In this document: positions 27,288 to 39,769 of the stretch, one piece after another | How positions within the stretch are numbered: the first letter of the stretch is position 1 | How the letters are laid out: every line of letters starts with the position of its first letter | NCBI GenBank assembly: GCA_030264375.1 | Contig: JASCQW010000150.1 | Span: forward strand, 22,091,319-22,155,318 | Direction of reading: 5' to 3' | Length of the DNA: 64,000 nucleotides | DNA from: Carcharhinus longimanus | Lineage: Eukaryota | Notes under the pieces: generated by a model | The model's database searches: none | What the model was told of the DNA's origin: nothing | The model's input: the letters and a program-made list of their open reading frames with translations, nothing else | Position numbers and translations under genes: made by a program

Positions 27288-27387
27288 NNNNNNNNNNNNN
27301 NNNNNNNNNNNNNNNNNNNNNNNNNNNNNNNNNNNNNNNNNNNNNNNNNNNNNNNNNNNNNNNNNNNNNNNNNNNNNNNNNNNNNNN

Positions 27388-27414
<27 letters not shown>
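27238..27414. repeat. (TG)n microsatellite spanning an N gap
   Basis: Directly visible. Confidence 0.97.
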
Positions 27415-27420
<6 letters not shown>

Positions 27421-28481
27421 AACTAATCCTCTGATTTTACCCCATCTTAAGTTTTTTGTCAGGTTATTAATAAAGGATTGGATCACTCCAAAACTGACAG
27501 GTTGGGAAAATATGCCACCATTTTAGAAGAGGGGGGAAATCAAAAACCAAAGCACCTTTCTATTTACAGATGGGTGGTGAGAGGAGAAATCAGGGCTGTT
27601 TTAAATTACAACCCCTGCTGTCCATAACAAATGTTATTGGCTGTGTAGCCTGTCTGATGACACCAGAAATCCCACACAGCTGGTATCAGAATGAAACTGT
27701 CAGGAAAGATGAGATCTACACGACAGTGATCACTGTATGCTTATAGAAAGCTTTCTTCAAGGTCAGCGGCAAACACTGACTTCACCACTGATCTTGCAAA
27801 ATCAATGCCAAGGAAAAGACAATCTGCAGCATCCTCCCTTCTGCACCTGCTGTTTAACAACTGCCTATTTCTGTTACTACTTTCTCATGTTCACCACTGT
27901 GTTGAGAGATATCCACTACTTCCTTTTGAACTTTCATAATTCAAAGTCCCGATTTGTTCGTACATGACCTAATGCTGAAGTGAAAGTGGTTTGGGGTATT
28001 TTACTGCTCCAACCCTGGCAATAGGCTACCGCTTCTTGTATAATCATTCACTGAATGCAAGGGACACCCTAAATGTTTCCAGCTCTATGTATTTAAATTG
28101 CTTCCTAAAGCATGCATAATAATCAAGAGTTTCTAAAAATTTAACTAACTTGAAGGCAATACGTATCAATCAAGTTATGTCACTTTTGTGATCATCATAT
28201 GTATTACTAACAAATATGTATTTGGAGCACACTAAAAAATAATATATGACAAAGCTAAAAGACACTTTCTATACTTGCATTCTGAGAACAAAGTAGAAGC
28301 ACTAAGGAACACATTTTCCCTCAGGATTAGGCTTCCTGTACACTACAGGGATTAACAAATTAAGACTACCACTAATGTATTTTTAGTATTGAGGAACTCA
28401 AGAATTCTAATGTATTTTAATATTAATGTATTTAATCTATATAAAGTATAGCTACAAACTAATTCTTGAAATGATACTTAC

Positions 28482-28537
28482 CCTCCTTTAAACCAAAGCG
28501 GCTTAGGTAGATCTCCAACTCCTTCCCCAAGTTGTGC
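28482..28537 (-). CDS. UNC13A: UNC13A exon (AQLGEGVGDLPKPLWFKGG), carrying the distal Trp anchor of the calmodulin site
   Basis: Acceptor TTTTTACATAG|GCA and donor GG|GTAAGT. 56 nt, phase 0-2. Homologous to mammalian ARGEGEMSKSLWFKGG. Confidence 0.93.
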
Positions 28538-28853
28538 CTATGTAAAAAGAAAAAATATACTGTCAAATTTGGCATACTTGATACTCGCAATAATAATACA
28601 TTTTCAGCAGAGCTGATTTTTATGCTCTCGTACACCTTAATAGTTACACTTTCTGATGTACTTTGATACAGATGCTGCTGAAAGCACTTCAATAGAGGTT
28701 TGCTGCTTGCAGGTTGAAAATGAAAAATAAACACATTTTAATGTGAGAATTAAAATTAGCCACTTATTTAAAAGAGAGTTAAGCAACAACTGTATACTTA
28801 CTACTTCTGAGAACATCTAAAAAATGCAGCTCAATTTTAGATACATGACTAAT

Positions 28854-29069
28854 GCTGGAATTTTACCAGCACACCCGCCCAAGAGTAAACCACTTTTCAA
28901 AGAACGCTGATTTCCATAATGGGAGAAACATGTGGCGATGCAGTAGGCGCCGGTACAAAAGTTCAGATGTTCCAGTATTAAAGAGAGTAGATAAGGACCA
29001 GGCAAATTAAATCTCAACAGAACTCATTTTCTGCNNNNNNNNNNAGGCATGCCGGTAAAATTAGGGCCT
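28854..29069 (-). repeat. Copy 2 of the inverted repeat, enclosed by MITE-like termini
   Basis: GCTGGAATTTTACCAGCA at the left and TGCCGGTAAAATTAGGGCC at the right are imperfect inverted termini resembling the element at about 7018-7122. Confidence 0.7.
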
Positions 29070-30394
29070 AAATGTTCATCATGAAAAAAAGGCTATTAGT
29101 CATTCTAGGTAACTTAACCCAAAGGTACGAATGATTATTTTACCCTATCCTTTCCTTTCCTACACACCACTGAGATCCTCTACTCTCCCTGCCAAAAAAA
29201 ACAAGTGTGGCTATAAATATTCCTGTACCCCTCAATCTCAATTTTCAACAAGTATCAATCAATTCCTTTAAGAATGTCAGTTGGCTGCAGATAAACTATT
29301 TTCTCTCAGCCAATTCTAGTTTTCAACCATCAGCTGTTGAGTGTAGATAGGGATGAAGGAGGGAAGGACTTTGCACTCTGTAATTTTGCTCAATGTCCTT
29401 TAACATTGTATTTATTGCATGACCCACATTGGTGACCCAGCAAGCTGTATCAACGGTCAGAATATTTATTTGTTTGAAAAGAATGGTCAAGGGTAAGTCA
29501 ACAAAATCAAAATACATTCAATAAGATTGGCTGCATGTTATTTCAACTCCCATTACTTAACTTTGAACACCGAGATAAGCAACTAACCAGATCATTAATC
29601 AGTCAGTCAATCTGGCCAATGTCCAGATGGATATCTGGTTGAAGAAAAAGGTTGCATGCTGTGGATTTAAGCACGTGGGGAAATCCAGATTTTCCATGTT
29701 TCTTGCATATTACTGAACCTTTCCAGTGTGCTTCAGCAAGTAAAATTTCCCCAAAAGTCTGAAGCTGGCACATTTTGAGTGATTATCCACCATTTCTTTG
29801 CTCTCCACAGGTTATGCATCAACTATGGCTAAAATGATTGCGGTCTGAAACAAAACAGCCTAAAGATGGTTTTCTGAAATTGGCAGTAGGAGGCACTCAA
29901 AATGACTCTACCTAAAATATATCACTTCTCCAATTTGGTTTCTGTTCAATTTTCCCCAAAATGATGCAGCTGAGAAAGAAAACTCTCTAATGTGTGTATG
30001 TGTATATGTGGGGTGGGGGGGGGGGGGGGGGTGGTTTGGGAAAATGTGGGAGTCAGGAATCAAGTTAAGTCCAAAGTGATGCCTTAACTCTAGTCACAAG
30101 TGAGTGAGCAAGATTGAAAAGATTTCCTGGGTCACTAATTCTAATACTGTCAGTATCCTATAGTTTCGCTTTAAGTAACTTTTTTTTCTATTAGTTGATT
30201 TGTTATACTTTTTTTTTAGCTAATTAACAGATTTGTTAGATACATGTATTTTCAATACTTAATTCTACAATTCCATAAATATCCTATTCCCAACACAATA
30301 TACTTTCAGTCTTATCTGCAGTGATGTAAGTTTTCCAATGTTGACAAAGAACACCAAGGATTGTGTCACTCAATGAAAGGAAAAACAGACTTAC

Positions 30395-30482
30395 CTCTTG
30401 AATCTGCATACGAACTTTGTTAAAAGCTCTAATCCAATTGGCTTTGGCCCGAGACATATTAGGATGTCCTTCCTCCTCATTT
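30395..30482 (-). CDS. UNC13A: UNC13A exon, calmodulin-binding helix ([29 protein letters not shown])
   Basis: Donor GAG|GTAAGT. The acceptor is TTTAG-TTATAG, so the start could be 30482 or 30488 (same frame). Phase 2-0. Contains the Munc13-1 W-x3-F-x2-V motif. Confidence 0.94.
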
Positions 30483-31344
30483 CTATAACTAAAGATGTAG
30501 CAATGGTATGATAGAAACAATCAAAATAACTTTCACACACTGAAATTTCTTATTCTGCTCGGCAATACAAGCTTGATGATATAATCATCATTTTTTTTGT
30601 TACAGACATCTCAGGACCTTTTGCTTTGCAATTTGTTTTCTGCCCACTTTCTCCACTCTTCAAATGCTAACATTATTCAGAAAGCATTAATATATCACTC
30701 AGAACTCATTCAAATGATGATCTTTAGGTATGTGCCTGATAGTAAATGTGGAGTGCTCAAATGTGGATTTAGATTACATTCTCACCTGATCTTACCATCA
30801 GGTGAGAAACACTAAAGAGAGAGGGATTGTACAAAAATTTAAGATTGTGCTGAATGGATATTTTTAAATTACTTTTCAGATTATGGTAGCATTCTAAAAA
30901 AAAAGGCATGTATGTCTATGATGCATTATAATGGGGGGAATAGAGACAGTTTGTCCGAGAGAACTGAGAGATAAATGGATGAAGATTTTAGATTCATGCA
31001 TTCTAATGTTGCATTTAGGTTACAATTCAATAGGTCGGATTAAAATTTACATAGGATAAGCGAGGACTTGGTTTTTCAACTGTAGAATTTCAAGAGAAGT
31101 TCCAAAATGTCAAGGAACTTTTACAACTTACAAAAGTTTCATTGTTAAATATGGGGAGGTACATTAAATTTAATTGACCCAAAAGTAGTGGCAATTGGGA
31201 AACATAACATATTATGCTTTCATTTGGGGAAGTTGAGTTCAAAAATGTGTTTTAGGACAATGGAGCTCGAGATAAAAAAAGATATTTAATATGTTTAGTT
31301 GAGTTGGTGTGGCTTAGTGGGAGAAATGTCCTGTTAATCAGATC

Positions 31345-31637
31345 TAAAGTTTAAAGATTATTTATTAGTGTCATAGTAGGCTTACGTTATTGCAATGAAG
31401 TTACTGCAAAAATCTCCTAGTTATCACATTCTGGCACCTGTCGGGTGCACAGAGGGAGAATTTAGCATGGCTAGCACACCTTTCCGACTGTGGGAGGAAA
31501 CCAGAGCTTCCGAAGAAAACCCATGCAAATATGGGAGAACATATAGACTCCACTCAGACAGTGACCCAAGTCAGGAATCAAATCCGAATCCCTGGTGCTG
31601 CGAGGCAGCAGTACTAACCACTGTGCCATCCATGTGC
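31345..31637 (-). mobile_element. tRNA-derived SINE (V-SINE-like)
   Basis: Head GGCACAGTGGTTAGTACTGCTGCCTCGCAGC; tail shared with 37035-37307 and 62139-62436. Confidence 0.85.
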
Positions 31638-31784
31638 TGAGAAGGTGGGAAAGTTTTAAATTTGAGGCAGTCATCCAGTTACAAATCAGAAAAGTCTGTT
31701 TCTAAGAAAGCAATTTGTTTTGAACCTACTTTTTGGATTTGGACAACAGGATGGAAACATTTGTGTCGTTATATTGTATAAGGG

Positions 31785-32078
31785 TGGGGTGGTGGCTAGC
31801 ATTACTGTGCCAGGGACCCAATCAACTCTGGCCTTGGGTGATTGTATATGTGGAGTTTGTATGTTCTTCCGTGTCTGCGTGGATTTCCTCCAAGTGCTTT
31901 GGTTTCCTTCCACAGTCCAAAGATGTGCAGGTTAGATGGATCAGCAATGGTAAATGTGTGGAGTTATGAGGATAGGGTCAGGGAAAAGAGCCCGGGTAAA
32001 ATATGCTGTCACAGAGTTAGTGCAGACTCAATGGGCTGAATGGCCTTTTTCTGCACTGTAGAGATTCTATGATTCTAA
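31785..32078 (+). mobile_element. tRNA-derived SINE with CR1-derived tail (HE1-like)
   Basis: V-domain-like GTGGAGTTTGTATGTTCTTCCGTGTCTGCGTGG and tail ATGGGCTGAATGGCCT...TTCTATGATTCTA. Confidence 0.8.
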
Positions 32079-33909
32079 ACCTTTATTCAAGTGACAACCA
32101 TGCTTTGGGTAATATTACCGGACTTTGATAATTAGAAATCTATAAGGGAGTTGTTGTCAAGTAGATTGTTTAATTGCACATTTTTGAACTGGTGGATTTT
32201 TTTGGGGGGGTGGTTGTTTTAACTGTGTAACTTCATTCCTATGCATTGGAGTTTTTTTCCTTTAATGAAAATTTTTAATGTATAAAATCCTAAAAATGTT
32301 ACTGGAGTTCTATGCTTTTGGGGTCAGTAGCTCTTCCTCCTCATTTTCAAAATCTAAAAATAATGGTTTATGATCAGTAAAGTAAGTTTTTCTCTGTGAC
32401 CTGACTTGTTGAGCAATAATATCTGCTGCAGTCTGAACAAGATTTAAAGGATTATAGTTCAAGAATGCATTACAAGAGTTGAAGTCTCAAAAAAAAGGGG
32501 CAAGTCCATATTTCAATGCTTTTTATTTTCTTAAATCAAAGCTATTTGACTGCAATTTTGCTTCTGTTTCTACTGAAATGCACTACCTGACAAGATTGTG
32601 GAAGTATATTCAATAGTAACTTCAAAGTGAATTGAATATATATTCATGAAAAGAGGAAAACTGTGGTACTATGGTGATTAAGCAAAGGATTTGTTTTAAT
32701 TGGGAGGCTCTTTCAGAAAGTCAACAGAAAAGGCCTATGTTTTAGCAATACATGTTGATTTAGCTATACACTGTTATAATGATTTTTTTTCTCAAATTCC
32801 CTAATGGTCTCAATCCCTCCCTATCCCTGTAATCTCATCTAGCCTACAACTTGCCAAGATAAGTGTCCCTCCCAATCAGGATCAGAATTCTCTAACCTCC
32901 CCTACAGCTGGGATTTTTCAGTCCCGCTGCAGCAAATGGAGATTTGGCTGAGTGCCAAAACTCTTCATTCTTGCTGGGAGCAGTAACGGAGCATGCTTTT
33001 CAACGAAGGCCTTATCATCTCCTTACGTAGCCTGATGTCAAACTTTAGGTAATTAAAATACTGGACATTAGAGACTGCTGGAATACCTAAAGAAAAATAG
33101 CAGTTCATAACTAATTTAGCAGAATCTGGGAATTGTTAGCAGACCCCAGGTATTTAGGGTTCAGAGAGGCTCTTGGAACTGAGATAGGGAGAAAGGTCAT
33201 GGTTTTACGTCAGGCAGTTAGGGCTCCAAGAAGCCAAAGGTTCAGCTTAATCCAGTCGACAGACTGGAGTTTGAAAAAAACCAGAGCAGTGAAGCCAACG
33301 ATCTGTGACAGAGTGGAAACTGTGCTAGTAATTAGAGATTGGATGGCAGCTTTGTGAATTCTATGGAAATCCCTCCTGAGGGAGATAGAGTTTTTATGCA
33401 GTTTTGAGATAGAGTTTTTATGCAGGTTTGTGGTCACTGATGTCTAAGTGGGTTGCTAAGAAATCTTTGGGATCTGTTTTGGTCGTGTCTGCCATTTAAT
33501 GTGTAGTGAGATATGTTCGTTCATATTTATCTCAAGTTAATTTTGAATTTTAGTGTATAATGTAGACATTGTAAATTGTTTTACTTTTCTGACTTTGTAT
33601 ATTAGTGCCTATTTTGTTTGTTTAAAACAGTGGAATCTTGTAACTTTGTCTGCTAGTGGGTCACTGGAGTTTCAAACTGTGGATAATTTAGACAAAAAAG
33701 TTACTGGTCCTTAACTGGATTGTAATAACTGAAATACAATTATTTTCCAATGTTGCAGGATAATTAAATACCTCAAATTTCTTTAAGCATCAAGTATGCA
33801 ATTCAGCCATAATGCCACTCAACAACTCAATGTGTGTCACTTTGGAATATCACTCACCAACAACTATCTTTAAAGCGTATAACAACTGCAAACACTTTAA
33901 AATGCTTAC

Positions 33910-34269
33910 GTTTCTAGTTGTTTTCCTTCAACCTGCTCTGGAGGGATCTCAGCTTCAGGTAGAATTTCAACTGGAACAGCAATTTCTTCCTCCTCTTTAG
34001 GTTTCTCCTCATAAATTTCTTCTTCCTCCTTCTGGAACTCGTCAGGTTCACTATAAATCTCCAGTGGTTCATTATCTTCTTTGTCCCAGTCCAAGGATTC
34101 TTTCTGACAGCTCACTGAGCTGTGACAGGAGTGGTAAGAATCCCCATCGCGTTCATCATCAATGTCTGAGCCTTGCAGGCTCTCATTATCTGGATCAAAC
34201 TCCTCACTGAACTGGGAGCTACCCTGGCTCAGTTCTGCAGATGAAGCATACCTGCTGCTACCTGTGGGA
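33910..34269 (-). CDS. UNC13A: UNC13A exon, Ser-rich and acidic N-terminal linker ([27 protein letters not shown]...[11 protein letters not shown]...KQLE)
   Basis: Acceptor TTTTGCAG|T and donor AC|GTAAGC. 360 nt, phase 2-2. Corresponds to ORF 33906..34286. Confidence 0.94.
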
Positions 34270-35076
34270 CTGCAAAACAATGGCAAATATTTAGACTTTT
34301 GATTTCAGATAACAAAGTAATTTCGTAGAATATCACTGTAACTAATTTTTAAAATAAAAATTCTAATTGTGTATTTGCCCTGTAGATGAAAGTGACAAAA
34401 TTAAAATATATTGTAAATAAATTGGATGATACAATCAATCAAGATGTACATTAAAAAGACATATCTTTTTAAAAATATACTCTCATATGGCCTTGGCTGA
34501 ACGTAATCGTTATTGGTTGCTTGAACAGGAAACAAACATGAACACCTGGATAGACTAATGCCACTGCTACTCCTGACACTGGCTTCTGCTCAACTGCCTA
34601 AAATAGAAAACATACAACACAAATAAATGTTCAGATTTAAGTCTTATGGTGCAGTGCTGGAAATTAATACTGGGATCAGAGGGGTGTTCGGAAAAAAAAG
34701 TCCCTGCACTACCAAATCAGTACCACAAGAAGTCTGGAATTAATCCACCCATGACACCATGACCTGAATTCTTTTGACTGCAAGGGAACACCAATAAAAA
34801 ACAGTCAGAGTTGGGGTGGGATGGGGACTGCAGTGTTGGGGAATAGAGACCAATGGCTCTTGCATTTTACTCAGTCTAGTATATGTGGTATTGGGGACGA
34901 TTTCCCCTATTTATTATGTATTAACACCACTAAAGTTTTTCACAAAACTCTGAGCATTCACAACAATAATAACATTAAAGCAGGGAACAAAAAGCTTTTA
35001 TACCTGAGTCCTGATTCATCAGAACAAATTTGCAAGAATACCATATCACAAAGGGGAAAAATAATTTACATTACAT

Positions 35077-35558
35077 GAGAAGAGGGTGCTGGTTGATTGG
35101 GAAGTGGATTTTGATTAGTAGAGGAGTCACCATGGAGAATGCACCAGCGAACAGTTAACCACCAAGCTTTTGCTTAAATTCAAACCAGGCAGATTGGCTC
35201 TGATTGATCAAGGCATTGTCTCTTAAGCTTTTGTTTGTTTGAAAAATGTGCCATGTTTGGACATGTTCTTCCTTTGCAAAGAACAGTATGTGAATATACA
35301 TAGCTTCTAGCACACATTAAGTGAGCCACACTGCCAGCCTCACTATTAACCATAAATTGGTTGTCAGTGCAATTCTTAGCACTGCGTTTAGCAAATGTTG
35401 CCCAATCACAGAATCATATCTAATGTCGCACAGAGTACTCTGAGTTTTGCAAGCGTGAGCTGGTTGAGTATGGTCAGTATTTTGTCTGTTGCAAATAACC
35501 AAACAGAAATACCTGTTTGATGTGCTCCATCAGTCATTAGGGTCTACGGCCAGCCTAC
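35077..35558 (-). mobile_element. Penelope-like element fragment (GIY-YIG endonuclease C-terminus and 3' flank)
   Basis: Degenerate VG...EHIKQ, DSVIGQHLLN and CAKNCTDNQF segments, typical of PLE endonucleases. Abuts a gap of about 950 N. Confidence 0.65.
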
Positions 35559-37034
35559 NNNNNNNNNNNNNNNNNNNNNNNNNNNNNNNNNNNNNNNNNN
35601 NNNNNNNNNNNNNNNNNNNNNNNNNNNNNNNNNNNNNNNNNNNNNNNNNNNNNNNNNNNNNNNNNNNNNNNNNNNNNNNNNNNNNNNNNNNNNNNNNNNN
35701 NNNNNNNNNNNNNNNNNNNNNNNNNNNNNNNNNNNNNNNNNNNNNNNNNNNNNNNNNNNNNNNNNNNNNNNNNNNNNNNNNNNNNNNNNNNNNNNNNNNN
35801 NNNNNNNNNNNNNNNNNNNNNNNNNNNNNNNNNNNNNNNNNNNNNNNNNNNNNNNNNNNNNNNNNNNNNNNNNNNNNNNNNNNNNNNNNNNNNNNNNNNN
35901 NNNNNNNNNNNNNNNNNNNNNNNNNNNNNNNNNNNNNNNNNNNNNNNNNNNNNNNNNNNNNNNNNNNNNNNNNNNNNNNNNNNNNNNNNNNNNNNNNNNN
36001 NNNNNNNNNNNNNNNNNNNNNNNNNNNNNNNNNNNNNNNNNNNNNNNNNNNNNNNNNNNNNNNNNNNNNNNNNNNNNNNNNNNNNNNNNNNNNNNNNNNN
36101 NNNNNNNNNNNNNNNNNNNNNNNNNNNNNNNNNNNNNNNNNNNNNNNNNNNNNNNNNNNNNNNNNNNNNNNNNNNNNNNNNNNNNNNNNNNNNNNNNNNN
36201 NNNNNNNNNNNNNNNNNNNNNNNNNNNNNNNNNNNNNNNNNNNNNNNNNNNNNNNNNNNNNNNNNNNNNNNNNNNNNNNNNNNNNNNNNNNNNNNNNNNN
36301 NNNNNNNNNNNNNNNNNNNNNNNNNNNNNNNNNNNNNNNNNNNNNNNNNNNNNNNNNNNNNNNNNNNNNNNNNNNNNNNNNNNNNNNNNNNNNNNNNNNN
36401 NNNNNNNNNNNNNNNNNNNNNNNNNNNNNNNNNNNNNNNNNNNNNNNNNNNNNNNNNNNNNNNNNNNNNNNNNNNNNNNNNNNNNNNNNNNNNNNNNNNN
36501 NNNGCAGGCCTGGAGAATACCGTCCTGGGACTGCTAATTATATCGAAATCCTTATTTCAACATGATAATCAGCTCTGCGCTGACTTCCAGCACAAAGCTC
36601 ACTATGCTCAAAGAAAGCAGCGAATACTGATCGCAAACAGAGCTAAAGGCCACCTACTGGTGTCTCCCAGCCCGCTGCACTGCTTGAGCAACAGTGAGCT
36701 GGGAGAATCCCCCCCATATACTTCCAGGGCAAACCGAAGTAGACTGGGCACTTTTCAGGATGAAATATAGCGGCATCAGACCCATCATGAGTTTGAACAA
36801 TATACAACAATCAATGATCTGATCAGTTTACTTGCCTTATTTCAGCAGCTAGATTGCACAGTGAGCAAATGGTTCAGGCCCTATTTACAAGATTGCTGAC
36901 AAGACCAATCTTACAGCACTTGGAACAGTTGGAATTTTAACATTAACCAATGAAAATGGGTTTGCAGCAGTTAGCATTAGAAAACTCGTATAGAATGTGG
37001 GGATATGGATGAAATTTTGCAATTGCATATAAAA

Positions 37035-37307
37035 TTTGTCTATTTATTAGTCACAGTAAGGCTTACATTAATACTGCAATGAAGTTACTGTGAAATTCCC
37101 CTAGTCGCCTGTTCAGGTACACTGAGGGAGAGTTTAGCATGGTCAATGCACTTAACCCGCACATCTTTTGGACTGTGGGAGGAAACGGAAGCACACAGAA
37201 GAAGCCCATAGGAAGCCTCCACACAGACAGTGACCAAGCCAGGAATCAAGCCCAGGCCCCTGGCGCTGTGAAGCAGCATTGCTAACCACTGTGCTACTGT
37301 GCTGTCC
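37035..37307 (-). mobile_element. tRNA-derived SINE (V-SINE-like)
   Basis: Same head and tail as the 31345 and 62139 copies. Confidence 0.85.
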
Positions 37308-39769
37308 ATGTTTATTAAAACACCTATCAAAAAACCACTGTGATAATGAAATAGAGTTTCATGAGCTTTCTTTGCTTGAGGAGGAAGAACAAATTTATTA
37401 CAATGTTAAACACAAATTTCTAAATGGATGAATTTTCCTAAAAAATGACAAAGTGTCAGCTAGTGATTGTTTCTGGCGAGAAACATGCCGGTTTTCATAG
37501 TCAGGTTTTCATTCCAGTTCTTCTGCCACATTGTCAAAAAAAAAGTGGGGGGGTGGGAAAGAGAGAGAGAGGGAGAGAGAGAGGAGGTGTTTTGTACCAT
37601 TATTCTTGTGGGGTGAGGTCTGATCAGAGTGCCCTTTTTAAAGGGCACCCTGATCTCAAGGTCAAAATAAAGGTTTCCTAGGAACATCACGCTTGGAAAT
37701 CACACTGGCACAAAAACCATTAGGGTCCTCTCATGAGATTTAGCAGCCATAATGGGATTTGCACCCATGGCGAATGACCCCCAAAAATTTGCTGCCACTG
37801 TGTTTAATAACATTTTTGTATGTTACAAGTTTGTAAAGGAGAATATTAAATCTTTTTAATAAAGACTGTTCCTTTTTAATATTTCATTACAGATTTTTCA
37901 CTTAACTAATAATATTGAACATTCTAAAGTAATATGAATACTAAAGATTCTTCCAGGTTATTGCTCAAAATGAATTGAAAGAAATGATTTTGATATTGCA
38001 GTTGCAATGCTACCACAATTTTTTTTAAAGCCCAATTTTTTTTAAACAATTGGGAACACTTACTGAAGATGTAATTATTGGAATTTAATATTTATATTCA
38101 TGGCAATATTAAATATCTTAATTGAAGGTTTAGAAAGTAAGCAACTGAAAGAAAACTTGTCTCCTTTATCCCAATAGGTCTGTGGCATTGAGCGTTTCCA
38201 ATGTTTATTTAGCTGAGGCACAGGGTAAGCTGTTGAAAGCAATTGGTCGTATTTTACAGAGGAGGGGGAAGGTGGGGGGCATGCATAGCTTGCTTTCCCC
38301 TTCCCTTCCACCCCAGGAAGGAAAATTGACCAATAGCCAATGCACCTGAAAAAAGCCCACTCTATAGCCACAACAAGCTGTGGGTGGGCTAAACTAGGTG
38401 TGAGCAGAACCTCTAACTCTCAGTGCAAGGACATCCTGTCCTCAAGAGCTGCTGACCAATCTAACTGGCCAGCAGATCCTGTAGTCTGGGCAATGCCAGA
38501 GCTCCATAGTGGGCAGCAATGCAACTAGACCAGGAAGGAGAAAAGATGAATGCTGGAGCGGAAAGTTGGGCCTCAATGGGTGGAGAAAGATTGGATGGCT
38601 TAGGGAGAAGGTTGGAGAGTAGGAATATTGATTTTGGATGCATCAAAGGGGAGGAAAATTTTGTGGGGTGTGCCCCAATTCACACAGGCATCTCCCCCCC
38701 CCAACAAAGGGCAGATGCCACCCAACCTTCCACCTAAACATTTAAGCACATTTAGAAAAATAAATCAGTCTGCCCACACCACTGTATAAGTGTGTGGGCT
38801 GCATGTTATCTGGGTCAATTACTCAATTAACAAGTTCAATTGACCCTTAATTACTTAATTAAAAATCCTGCCAATTTTGGCACCTGCTCACCTTCAGTGT
38901 TATGGGGGACAACACAGACATGGGTGTAAAGAAGTGAGATTGACATCCATTGTATTTTTGGGCTCCTTTTCCTCTTCCTCTCTCTTCTCCCCCTCCCATT
39001 GTAAATACCCAGCAGTCCATAAAATCCAGCCCATGAATTCAAGATGGTCATATTTTTAGATTCCCTGTTGCCAGTTAATTTCCAAAAATGCTCACAAGAT
39101 GAGAAGCATGAAGAGGACCAAAGTCAATTGCTTGCTCAACCAGCTGAAAGATGAAGATCACATTAAAGCTACAAACATAACTTTTTAAATTATTCTTCAG
39201 AAGCACTTTAGGATGTCTTCTATGTCAAAGGTGCTACACAGAGCTGTCACGACTGAAGGAAGTAAGTTCTGGATAGGCAATACAGTACCCGGCTGAACAG
39301 ATTGGATAACAACCTATAACCTTTTGAGTGCTCCTAATTAATGTTGGCCTATTAGCATCATCAATTCAATTAGGGTAAAAAATAATCTTGACTTGTTCCC
39401 ATACAACCAAACAGATTTCACTGAGATCCTTCAGTATTGTTATTGCACTTCCATTGGGATATTTGCAAAAGTAATCATCTGCAGATTTTAATCTTTTTTT
39501 TAAGTAAATACTTAAAGGAAAACTGAACATGTAGAAAACCTCCTAGGGCTCTCAATTTATTTTCAGAAACAGGATCCCAAGATTTTAAAAAGTTAAAAAC
39601 TGTCAAGTTAGTGCTGTTAATGATAAACTATAGGTACAACATATGCAAGCCAGCATTTTCTATCTGCAGCAATGAATATTGTTGTGTAAACTAAAGAAGA
39701 CTAACAAGTTGGTGGGTCTTCACAACTCTCAGATTTGTTGCATCATACAAATCCATTTAGCCCAATATA

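Noticed and set aside
27238-27414. (TG)n as a TDP-43 site, given the known human UNC13A cryptic exon
   Set aside because: The gene is on the minus strand, so the pre-mRNA reads (CA)n. The human cryptic-exon intron also lies further 3' than this window.
35489-36565. Long ORFs in the track (also 20668-21232 and similar)
   Set aside because: They consist almost entirely of N-gap translation.
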